Shown piece by piece: positions 22,751-34,549 of a DNA stretch of 42,280 bases; the first letter of the stretch is position 1; every line of letters begins with the position of its first letter. The position numbers were made by a program, and so were the translations under genes. Where the stretch lies: the NCBI RefSeq assembly GCF_000181795.1, contig NW_003526942.1, positions 84,273-126,552 on the forward strand, given 5' to 3'. The DNA comes from Trichinella spiralis. Taxonomy: Eukaryota. Under the pieces are notes generated by a model. That model was not told the DNA's origin and made no database searches. It saw only the letters and a list, made by a program, of their open reading frames with translations.

Positions 22751-25700
22751 TTAAATTGCATTGTAAATATTGAGCGTTTCCATTCCAGTGATGATAATAG
22801 CTTCCTAAAATAAAATTAACATTTCATGACATTAAATGATAACTTTGCTGCATAATTCATAAAGAAAGTATAATTTAATTTTATTAAAAGAAATTAATAC
22901 AACATATGTGTATATTAAAATATTTATTTTTTTACAACAGTGTTGGTCAACCAGAGGGGTGCGTTCTCCTAGGGGGCGGGGGGGGCGTGTGAAGGGTACG
23001 GGGGGAAGCACGAAATTTTAGTCCTGCATAGGTGTTCAAAATTAAAAAGTTCATTTCTGTTGAAACCTGAAGTACTTCCTGAGCTCATATAGTTAATTTA
23101 TGCGGCTCCTAAGATGCCTAGTCAATAGATATCATCATCTTATTTACAATGCATTAACAAATTGCTCGCCTGCATATCATAGTAATGATTTTTATTTTGA
23201 TGTTGGTGACTTTTTGTTCCCCAGTGAACCGTTTCTTACAAGTTTCTACTTCTGGCTAAATTTTCACCGCCTTTTTTTACTGGTCATCTTAGTTTTAGCA
23301 TAACAGCCTCAGCTTTGCACAGTTTATCATTTACCACTGTACTAAAATCACATCGTACTGCAGCTGGGCTTGATTCAACCATGAGGCAACAATTTACTTT
23401 GCGTACATACTTTTCTTTTTTGGGGAGTAGGGGTATTAATTGCACAACTTTGATTAAGAGGGCGGCGTGCGCTGACAGTCGTTCAGAACCATTGTTTTGC
23501 AGTATTGCAATGTTACCCCATTTGTTTAAATATAGTAAATATTTAAAAATATTTCATACACTGAAATCAACTGTACATACCTTGCCAAATTTTTCTTCTA
23601 ACGCTCGTCGACCAAGTAATCGATGTTTCAACTTCACCATAAGATTCTGAAATGTTAATCTTAAGTGAGACTAACCTAACTTTTTGAAAAAGTGACAACT
23701 CACTTCATATTCATCATCGCTTTCCTCCGGTTCTGATTTGTAATTCATGTTCTACAAATAAAATATAAAATTCTTATTTAAAATAACAAATGCAAAAGCT
23801 AGAATACTATTCATTTTGGTTAATTTCAATTCTCAAACAATTAAGACAAAGTCATTTTGAAATTAAGAAATACTGTCTAAGAAAATTATATCATCTCTTT
23901 ATGAAATAATTACTATGTGAAAGCTTAATGATAAAAAACCTGAAGACTTGAGAACAAGAAAAATGCATTCGTTTTCAAAATGCCATTGTTGCTTTCAACG
24001 CAAATTTAAATTCACCAACTCTAATAATAATGTATTTTAAATTTGCTTACCCATGCAGATAGTCTAACGTCTTTGTATTTTTTTCGTTGAAACAATCGTC
24101 TAAAAATATAAACTATTCCATGTATTAATAGCTGAAGTAAACTAAACGGGGGTGGAATCATTCGACATTCATCAAAAAATTCCATCCATATCTGACTCAA
24201 AACATAAGCCCATTCTTTTTCACTATTTTCCTGAAAATGTATGTTTTATGTTTGTATAGAAAATGCAAATAAATTGAAAAACAAATTTTTGCTAACCAAC
24301 ACAGCTGCTGCAGTATTTGACATGATAGAGATCATTAAATTCAATAACGATACCACAAGAATGATATAATATAAAGCAGATAAAAGTTCAGCAGCAGATT
24401 GTACTAAATGATGCTTTGTTTCTTCTTTGTCAGGTCCAAATTGTCCCACAACCACTTCCAGACGTTCTGGGTCCAAATAACCATACCATGCCCAGTATAG
24501 GTATCGAATTGCTGATTCAATGCTAAAATGTGCTACCCTTACTATTGTTAAACAGTTGTCAAAAAATAAAAAAAAATACCTTGTCATGAAGGTAGGCTGT
24601 TCGTACAGTTTTCCATCTCTTAAAACAACATTACCTTTGTAATGTTCAATAAGGTAATTTAGACCAAGAGCGAATGAACCAATGATAACAACAAACATGC
24701 TCATGAATATAAGAATATCTTTCACACATCTTCCAATAGAAATCTTGAAAAAGATAAAAACATTAATGATGTTTCACAAATATTCAGCTAAAGAAAAGAA
24801 TGCTTGAACATTGTCATACATTTGATTAACATTTTACAATAACATTGAATTGCCTGTCAAGTTGAGATATACAATTCAACTTACTACTACTGGTCCATAC
24901 ATGCGAAATACTTGAAAAAAATAAAACAAACGCCAGCTTGCCATCACTGACGCAAATGTAAACAAAACTTCAAACAACAAAGTAGGATGGTATGGATCCC
25001 AATGAACTCTGTGTGCATAACGTTGACCGTGGTGTTTAACTTCTAACCAAGAGTTCATGAATGCATTGAAAGCTAGCAGATACATGCTCATCAGAATTAG
25101 ATCATACCTAGAACATATTGTTTTTTCAATGGTGCAATATTTCTGACAATATTATATTCAAATTTAAATTGAAAACATTTCCTAATTCAGCAAACGTACC
25201 AACGCCACCAAGAGTATAAAAATCGTCTAAAGCCCAGTTGAATGACATCTGTCCATGAAATTGTGAACCAGGAAAACAAAAAAATCCATACGTAGCAAAT
25301 AATAATTGTTTTGAAAACTATAACACAAAATTAAATTTATCATTGTATTTACTGTAAGACAAATTTAATTGTTCAGTTGTACGGTTGTCTGGTGCACCGC
25401 GGAGGTCTCGTCTTTCTTTGTACTGCGTGAACGCTACCAGACACATCAAAAATATAACATATGACGTAGCAAAAGAAATAAATCTAAAATTGATAAATAT
25501 TTTTAATTATGCATAAATTATTATTTACATCAATTTATTTACTATAATGTGAACGAGTTTTACAGTAGGTTTATTGACTTTTTAATATTGAGTGACATAC
25601 CTTGCAACTGGAGTTGAGTAAGATTTAAAGACTTTTCCATTAGTGAGCACGTTCACCAAGCTTGTTATCGGATAACCGACGGTATGCACAACAATTCTAG

Positions 25701-27776
25701 CAACTTTTTCTGAATTGCTTATCCCATTCCAGTCAGCCCATTCACCTTTAAATTTCTTTTTCAGTACGGTTAGACAACGGGGATCACTCAAAAACTAAAA
25801 ATATGAAAAAGTATGAGTAAACCTAGACATGCTGAAAAACTTATTTTGATTTCTTTACATCTTTTTGATCTGTGTCAATAGCAACAGATACTCGAGGAAA
25901 AGCAGTCAGTGATCCAACTGGAGCGCCTTGACTTTCCTTAAGCAAAACCGCTGCTTCCTCTTCTGTTTGGCAGCACAGAATAAGCGCAGTTGGGAGACGA
26001 CGTAAATTTTCTTTTAACTTATTGTACGTGTCCTAAATAAGCAATTTTAATACAATTTGTTTCACTGCATTTATTGCTTTTCCAAAAGATAATATTATTA
26101 AATGTAAAGTTTGCTTTCAAGATTAGAGTATAATTGCCTTATAATATGGTTCACAATCCATGCATTTGTCCATTTCACGACAAAGCATGAATGATTCAAT
26201 GATAGGATCTGGAAAGATGTCCTGAAGCAAATACGCAGGGTTGCACAATGCTTTGTAACTATCTAGTCGCAGTAAAGTAATGCTGACATCATCCTTATGG
26301 TTTTTCTCCATCTCACATTCATTGCAAATGCCTGAAAATAAATGAATCGTTATCTAAAAATCCATGAAGTACATACTGATAACAAAAATTACATCCTGCT
26401 CGGTGAGGTATGGGAACTGTATAACCCATTTCAACAAATAATTTTATCATTTTGTAGTTTCCCATTTGAGCTGCTACCATTATTGGTGTTAGATGATTTG
26501 GGAAAAGTACAGGTAATTCAGAATTCGCATCATATCGTCTAAAGATAAAAAATATAAATAATCATAGTAAACCCAGAAGTTAACAAAAGCAAAACAGTTT
26601 GCTTTCTGATTTTATAATATATTTTGAATTACATGCTAATATTTCTTACAATATTTGAAATTAAAATTTTTCATTAACATTTGACAGTGATTCAAAAAAT
26701 AGTAAACTGGATTTTAAGGTAAATGTACCAGTAATAAAAAAATGTGACGTAAATTGATAAATTATAAATAAATTTAAAGGCACGCCTTTTCATGCCTTAA
26801 TAAATATTATGTAATACAAAATTCCACATATTTAAATATTTTATTTAAAATAAAAGTTAATGACATTGTACAATACACTGCATCATTAAATTTCTTAAAT
26901 TTCCATATCAGATGGTACAGTTTAACATAACTTGCACATCATTTAATCACTATAGATTAATTTGTTCATTAGTAAAAAAGTTTTATTTTCACTTGATTCT
27001 AAGAGAAAACTACATAAAATAACTATATATGTGCATCACATCAAGCTGAAAAGTAGTAACAAAAACTTCAGCGAATTAATCATTATGTATTAAAAATGTG
27101 AATTATAATATATCATCATATTATGATAATTGAATGTACTCATTTTATTAAACATTCAAAAAGATTAATGTTAAATGAAACGTTTTAATCAGCTAACTTT
27201 ACTGCTGCATTTATAATTTCTTACCTGTCCTTGAGTAGTGCAGCAACAACTTTCACTTCAGAACCAAGAACAGCAATGAGTATTGTCTCTTTCAAACGAT
27301 ACTCAATTTTAGGAAGCCATTTTAAAATTGGCTTCCATTTCTTTCTTAGTATGGCGTACTGAGCAACTGTAAATCTATTCACATTCTCGGAATCCAAAAC
27401 AGATGGATTTTTCTAATTTGAAGTTTTCAAATTAATACTACGTAAATCGAAACTTGTGAATTGTGGAAAATTATTAAAATGTTATATAAATGCATAAAAA
27501 CGTATGTAAAAAATAAAGACAAAATTAAACAAAAGCACTGTCGATGCTATAATGTGTAAGGATATTTAAATAGTTATTGAAAGCTATTAAGGTTAACAAG
27601 TGTAAAATTTTTTTCTATCCTTCAAAATATACTTGCTTGGCTAACAAAAGATATTCTTAAATAAATTTGAAAGTATTAACATGACTTACGTTGACACAAT
27701 TAGCCAGCTCATCTTCCTTACCACAGTCTATCAAGTTAAAGACATCTCGAGCATCTCCTTTACCTTTTGCATCCAT
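22751..27776 (-). CDS. TRPC-family cation channel, divergent, about 720 aa (last exon uncertain)
   Basis: Exons 27776-27690, 27412-27225, 26538-26393, 26331-26138, 26032-25859, 25794-25601, 25483-25383, 25317-25200, 25107-24885, 24743-24580, 24522-24297, 24230-24051, 23751-23704, 23646-23581, tentatively 22804-22751. Motifs: ankyrin LTPIMVAAQMGNYKMIKL, TRP_2 PIPH..GCICNEC and RLDSYKALCNP, S4-S5 GPVVISIGRCVKDI, pore LYWAWYG, S6 LLNLMISIM, TRP-box-like EWAYVL and PPPFS. Confidence 0.88.
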
Positions 27777-28435
27777 AGCTGACGTTGACGTTTCTAGAAA
27801 ATAAAAAAAGATATTATTTTATCAAGGTTAACAAATAAATAGGTAACGCTCATCTCTACCAACTGTATAGTAAGATATGGCAACACTAAACAAACCTACT
27901 GTAATTTTGACAACTTATGAACTTGAAAATTAATTACAGAAGGTGAATAATTTTTACTTGAAATAAAAAATCATTGAATAAAAATGTTAAATTTGTCTTA
28001 AATGAGGTCTTCATAATATTTTTCTTTTTATACCACGACACCAAGATTGTGAAGCTTATTAAGAAACCCATATATGTAATGGCCATTAGTGAAATTTCTT
28101 TCGTTGTGATTGGTCAGATACCCTCAGACTGATTTCATGATAACGGTACCCTACTTTCATAATTTCCGTATTTTACTGAACATGTTCAGTTTCTATTCAT
28201 TTGCGTTGCTTCGATTGCCTCTACTTATTTTCTTATTTAACAGGACAGTTTGTTGTTTTTATCATTATTTTCATGATCACAAATTTCAAAAATAATATCT
28301 TGAATTTCTTTCACCTCATACATTTTTAAAATAGTTAATTTTATTACTTTTACATTAAATAGTATTTAACATTGTTCTTTTTGTTTTTCACAATTAACAA
28401 TAACATTAAATGGTAAAAGATCAATTGGAAGCAGT

Positions 28436-30508
28436 TATAGCGGTGTTCTTAGCCAATTTACGGTTATCTTCATCCATAACAACTATTGTGATCAGCACAG
28501 TTTGTTGGTTACTGAATCAAAATAGTCGTGTGTAATACTGACAACGGGAACTAAGCAAATGTCAAGACAACTACTCACCACGCCTCATCTCCTTTTCCAC
28601 AGTATGGTTTCTCATTTGATTGTCCATTCTGTGTTACCGTCTGGCTGTTATACTGCTCCTTTCCATGAAGAGTCAGTCCTCTTTGGACTGCATCTGTTGT
28701 GTATATTACGTAGTCTTCTAGATGTTTGGACGGTCTTCGTCACCTCGAACAATGTTACATGAACGTCATATTGAACGTTGTTTTACAAGTTCTGTTTCGT
28801 GTGTATTTGGCTGTTGTTGCCAAGTAATACTTTGTAGTGGGGTACCACGTACTATGGGTATTGCCACTTGTTGGGAAAAGCATTCTCCTGACCTTTAGTC
28901 TTCGTCAAGTTAGGCGGAAGCTCTAGCCCACGATAGAGCTGAGCGACAGAGCGTGACGCTGTGACGTCATTTTCGCATGTATATAAGGACGCGTTATCAA
29001 TTTTCACTTCTACTTCATCTCTTCCGCGAACAACTGCGTTGTACGCTATTCACTTTTGTAGTTTATGCTTCATAAAATTCATCACCACTGCTTGCTATAT
29101 AATACAGTTTTCTTGTCTGGTAGTGTCATTTCTCATGTTTTATTTGTAGTTGCTGTCCATCCAGGAGTTGTTCAGTGTATAGCATTAGTCTGTTGTGATG
29201 TATAACAACGCGTCGTTAGGGGATTTTTTCAGATCTTATTCTGTATCCGCTGACTTCGTTTTTCTTTACTACAGTGTACAGTCCTTCCTAGCGTTTACTA
29301 ATTTTGTTATTCTGTGGTTTTAAAAGTTACACTTTCTCTCCAACCTCAAAATTTTGCTCACTTCCTTTTTTGTTATAATATTCCTGTCATCTACCTTGTT
29401 CTCTCATCGCTTGTTGTTTTATTCTATCGTGAACATCTTTCATTTTCTTGTGTAGATTCCTTAGGTGTGACCTGATGTACACCATTGACTGAGGGACATG
29501 AAATAGATTGTCCACTGGCATGAGCATCTCCCTTTTGAATAGTGCTTGGAGCAGCGTCATGTCTGTTGCTTCGTGGTCGCTACTATTGTAGGGCATGGTT
29601 TCCGGTGGTATCATTTCATCCAGGATATCAGATTGTCATGGCGTAAGATCAACATATGCGTGTTTTACTGCGGTAATTGATGACATGGCTGCTGGAGAGT
29701 CAACAGCTCCATCTCCTAAAACAATGATTAATGTTTCTAGTTTGAGCCTGATCACCAGGCTTCAATGCTGACAATTCATCATCGTGCACGTGAAGATCCC
29801 CTACTTGAGGACAAGAAAAGAGTCGAGTTGATTCCTTATACTGTCAGGCAAACTTGACAGCGTTTTCGAACTTAGTGAATTGGAGAGTGGGATGCGATAA
29901 TTATAGCTGCGGCGGTCAAAAACCCATAATAAAATTATCCTGTACAGACGTTTCATTTATACTAAGTTTGCAGGCCAAGTAATGTAGCTCATCAGCAAAC
30001 TCAGTCATGGTTTCAGTCGAATCTGATCTCAGCTGTTAGAAGGTTGTATGAAGTGATGGGACGTTTTCTGAATTAGAATATCATTCAAAGAAACATGAGC
30101 AAAATTCCTCAAATATGCGCCCTGCGTTTATTCTGAGATCAGCGAGTCAATCCAATACGTCATCATTAATAAAGAAGGTCATTACTCTAGCCCAGTGATT
30201 TCATGAAGACTTACAGTCATATAGGTTGCTTTTCATTCACTTGAATCAGAGCTCAACATTCATCTCTGCAATGAATATTATAGGTGATTGGCAGGGAAAC
30301 ATTAGCTAGTTTCTGTCTGGACGTGTGATCCCACTGCTAATACCATCTGTAATTGCCTTCCTGACCGCTTTACACTTAGCATCAGCCATAACAGCTACTG
30401 ATACTCAGGAATGTTTATTGATCATTATATCAGAATAAGTACATGTATCACGGACAGCATGATCTAGGCCTAAATCAAAACAACTACTGGCTTTCAGCGC
30501 CATACTAT
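28436..30508 (-). mobile_element. Degenerate, internally deleted Ty3/Gypsy LTR retrotransposon(s)
   Basis: On the minus strand, an LTR end ...ATTACA (30348) is followed by the PBS-like TGGTATTAGCAGTGGGAT (30345-30328). Next come a Gag remnant with stops (ETMTEFADELHYLACKL...DNFIMGF) and an integrase remnant at 29387-29614 (YNSSDHEATDMTLLQALFKREMLMPVD). A PPT-like GAGGTTGGAGAGAAAG precedes TGTAAC at 29331. LTR-like segments 28457-28575 and 30369-30488 align at about 60-70% by eye. Confidence 0.75.
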
Positions 30509-31676
30509 AATTCACTTTTTAAAACATATTGTTTTGCTTCTATACGTTATTTTAAATTACGCGACATTTAAAAAAATTTTTTGAAATGTGTCATTTTTTT
30601 AAGACACACTTTGAATGAAAGGAAACAGTTTTATATTTTAATAAGTTAAAATGAGAAATAATTTTATCAAAGAAATCAGTATTAAAAATAAGCTAGGTGC
30701 ATTTGCTTTAACTTTAATCAAAACATTTACTTATGACTGTCACATAAATAATGTTATGCAGCGGTTGAATGCAGTGCAATGATGCAAGCTGCACCACTAA
30801 ATCAGAATATTTGACAAATAACAGTAATAACTGCGTTAGGAAGGATAGCTAGAGCTGAAATCAGCTTTTGGACGCTTGAAAAGATTTTAATTTTTACAGC
30901 GACAGTTACTCATATAACCAAGCATTTTTATAAGAACATGAAATAGTTATTTTTTCTACTCATAAAATGTTTCAGTGAAATAGACATGGTATGTTTTCAA
31001 AGTATATTTCAGTAAGTATCATTTAAATTTCATTCAATCCATTCATTCAATTCAAAATATCATTCAAATCAAATAAATGTAAACATTTAATACAAAATGT
31101 GTTACTAGACAAACTCTTTACAAAAAATTCAAGTGTTAGAGTGTATATTACCATTTTCAAAAGTGTCATTTTTTGTTATCATAGTGATGCAGTCAGTAAG
31201 ATTCTTAAAGTTGACGAATTCATGAATTACTCAAAAAATGAGCATAATACATGCAGCACGCACTAATTCTTACTGCAGTACAAGTGATAGGTTGCATTTT
31301 TTTTGTTACGTCATCCTTTTTTTCTTCAGTATTATGTTTACTTTTGTGCACCCAGTGCAATGTAAATTATAAATTCTGCTTCAAGATGTGTATAGCAATT
31401 TTCATTCTTCACTGCATTGGACTAAAATCATCGTCATCACTACGAATAGCATTCAAATTAGTAAAGGGGAAAAGCACCTTAATGCATAATAGTGAAATCC
31501 TCTGTTGATAACAAAGTGCAGCTGATGGTTGCAAGAAACCTAAAGGCACTTTCCTTTTTTGCATTTTTTAACACACGTTTTGCTTTTTCCTCTTTCATAT
31601 TTTGAAGAGCATCCACTAATTACAACTATTCCAGACAGAATTCAGTTTTCATCTTTACTTTGCGTTGTAGTATATT

Positions 31677-33834
31677 TGTTACGCCTGATATCTAAAATTG
31701 CCTATTATTGATAGTAGGCAAGCTTTTGCATATTATTTCTAATAAGCAGCTGCTCTTGCCTACTATTGATAATATGTGAAAAGATTGCTTGAATAATAGG
31801 CAATTTTTTGCATAATATTGAGAGTACACAATGAGCATTTGCCTAATATTGAAACAACGGTTCACCAGCCAATCTGTATGCTGAAATCTTTTCATCAATG
31901 ATATTTATATTTATTGTCAGGCACAAATGTATCACGCGAAGTTTTTACATTTTTGAATGTGTTCAGATTCAGATTCAGATCAGAATTGCATAATAGTATT
32001 TTTCTACTGCAACGCCTCGACTAGATGAGCAGGCAGATAGGAGCATGCACGTCACATATCCTTAGCATCTCGTATCTTTAGTTACTGCAGTCCTAAGAAG
32101 AATTTCAAGGTCAGATGATTCATCACTTGATAATAAATCTTTTGATATTACTTGTAAATTCGCAGCTGTAAATTTGGATGACAATTTTCCTTCTCTGCAG
32201 CCAACACTGTATATTCCTTCGCATTCTGCCATGATGACTACTAGGAAATTTATCAGATTCACAGCTCCACGGTCGACATCTCGCACTCTGAGTGTAGCAT
32301 TGTGACCTATATGAAGCGGTTTTATCATTTTCGTAATTTGTAGTGTCACTTTTTCTACTGCTCTAGACTACCCTGCCGCTGCTTCTTTTTATGCTTTCAT
32401 TAAAGTCTGATCCTTATGCGGCAAAATTTTCTCAACAATACTTTCATTTTCTTCAAACTTTTCTTCGTGACTGCTCAAGCGTTCTTTCTCATTCGCTTCT
32501 TTCTCAGATGCTAAAAATCCTTCAATTTCTTCTTCTGTTTTGGCTACATCAACTAGCGATTATGCTAGAATGCAGGACTCCAGTCCAGGCGGTGGCTACT
32601 AGCCAAATGTGACCTTTGTCCAGCTGTTTCGTGAACATAACATAAATTTGTCATTGAACAAGTTTCATTTCCATTGATCATCTTTTGTATTTCTTTTTCT
32701 CACATCTAAATTGCCGATTTGTCTTGCAGAACGCCGTTTAGGCATTCAACCGCACCATGGCTCTGAGGGTGCTGGGGTCTACCCGAGATAAGCCTCAACT
32801 CCAGTCAACATGTCTTGAGTTTGGCAATTATGGCATTTGAAAATTCCTGACCGTTGTCGGATTACAGAATGCTGGGAGCACTGGACATTAAAAAGATTTC
32901 GAGCATCTTCGTTGCCACTTCTTTTGCCCGTTTTGCCTTTAACGGATTTAAAATGCAGAACTTCGTAAAGTGATTCAAATAAGTTATGATATATTTATAA
33001 TCACCATCAGGCATGGTTGAAAATTTATCAAAGACATTGTCACCTGGGCTCGAGACATCACAATTGTAATAATCACTGGTTTAACAACCAGGCTTTTTAA
33101 AAGTTTTCTCATTTTCTTCTTGTGTCATTCTACACAAAATGGGAAAAGCAAATGGCTCGCTTCTGCTGTGACGTTGGTCTATTTATTCAGTGCTTCTCGA
33201 AATGTTTTTGTCAACATTGATAGCATAAAACATTTCTTCAGTAGGGGAAATGCATCTAATTTCATGATACTCGACCAATCTGATTAGCTTATTTTAATGA
33301 TATTATATTTTTGATTATAATCACGGATATATTTTGGACCAACTGACTCGATTCCTATACTGCCAATAATTATTTGAACGTGCTGCAAAGTCAGAAAAAT
33401 CGTTGCATTCTGTCCGTTTTCTTTGATCAGAACACAGAGCTTTTCTTCATAAATAGCCTTTCTATCCATCAGTACTTTAAAAAATTGGTAAGAAGTTGCC
33501 TTCTGCTTTCATATAAATTTCATTATGAGGCCATTTTCAGATGCAAATTATTTTGAACATGTTTGAACCTAATCATTTATCATTTTTTGAATGAAATGAA
33601 ATGATTATCATTGAAATTCTCTAGCAATACATCATTAATAAAAGCATTTCAACATATAGCGTCAGTAGTGAACTGTCGTTTCAATATCAGGCAAATGCTC
33701 ATTGCTTATTTTCAGTATTACGCAAAAATATTGCCAATTATTCATATTAGTCAATCCATTTGGCTATTATCAAGAATAGGCAAGGACTGCTACCTATTAG
33801 CAATAATAGGCAATTTTTAACATTAAGCGTAACA
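31677..33834 (-). mobile_element. Ginger2/TDD-like DNA transposon with about 210-240 bp TIRs and a decayed integrase-type (KRBA2/SCAND3-like) transposase
   Basis: Termini TGTTACGC...GCGTAACA; 31677-31916 is an imperfect reverse complement of about 33625-33834; the flanks are TATT and TGTT. Internal minus-strand remnants: MPDGDYKYIITYLNHFTKFCILNPLKAKRAKEVA, SDNGQEF, GRPQHPQSHGAVE and IGHNATLRVRDVDRG...YSVGCREGKL. Confidence 0.85.
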
Positions 33835-34171
33835 TGTTTGCATTATGATAATTTCTGCTGTTTATATGCGTAAATTGTGATATATCATCATTTAAAGATA
33901 TTGTTTACCTAGTCTATATTAAACTTATTACATTCTTATTAAATAGCTTAATTACGAATTTACTTATTAAGCGAATTAACTTAGTTAAATTAACAAACTT
34001 AATACAATTAACGTTTTGTTATTATCATCTGATTAGTGAAAGAGTTTTCAACGAGTCAGTAATGCAATATATGCATTATTCAAAAATTTACTGCAAATAT
34101 TTATTAAACGTTTCAAAATAAACACATTATACGTTAAACAATTTATCAGAAACGTACACCGGATTGAATAT

Positions 34172-34549
34172 TTAGAAATTATAATGAATCAAAATAGTTT
34201 CTCGTCTTTGCGATGTAGGCACTGCTACATTCTGGTGTTCATCTACAATAGCCATAGTAAATGTCAAGCGATCGAAATTCCCAGGACTACAGATAGAAGG
34301 TATTAGATGTATTGGTATTTTCAAAGAGTGGAAAGGAAGAAGTAGTCCACATTTCTGACCAATATATAGTCGGCGCTGTGCAGTTGTTTTTACGCTCCAC
34401 TGAATTGTATGTTGAGCATTGTTGGTAAGGCGGATGCAACATTTCTGTCGTGTAGCAAATGGTGCATTGAATGAAATTCGTTTTGATGGTTCAAATGATA
34501 CTGCATTATACGCGCAATCATTTCCCTTATTTTCAAAATGTTCATTCAT
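34172..34549 (-). CDS. MSP (major sperm protein) domain protein, intronless, 125 aa
   Basis: PSKRISFNAPF, IRLTNN, WSVKTTAQRRL, GLLLP, DRLT and RRETILIHYN follow the MSP-domain pattern. It is MSP-sized with no TM anchor. Confidence 0.88.
   Translation of the reverse strand: MNEHFENKGNDCAYNAVSFEPSKRISFNAPFATRQKCCIRLTNNAQHTIQWSVKTTAQRRLYIGQKCGLLLPFHSLKIPIHLIPSICSPGNFDRLTFTMAIVDEHQNVAVPTSQRRETILIHYNF

Noticed and set aside
30328..30345. tRNA-like 3' sequence ATCCCACTGCTAATACCA
   Set aside because: Only 18 nt, adjacent to an LTR end; it is better explained as a primer-binding site than a tRNA gene.
31130..31660. Coding-like stretch left of the Ginger element
   Set aside because: Stops in all plausible frames and no family recognised.
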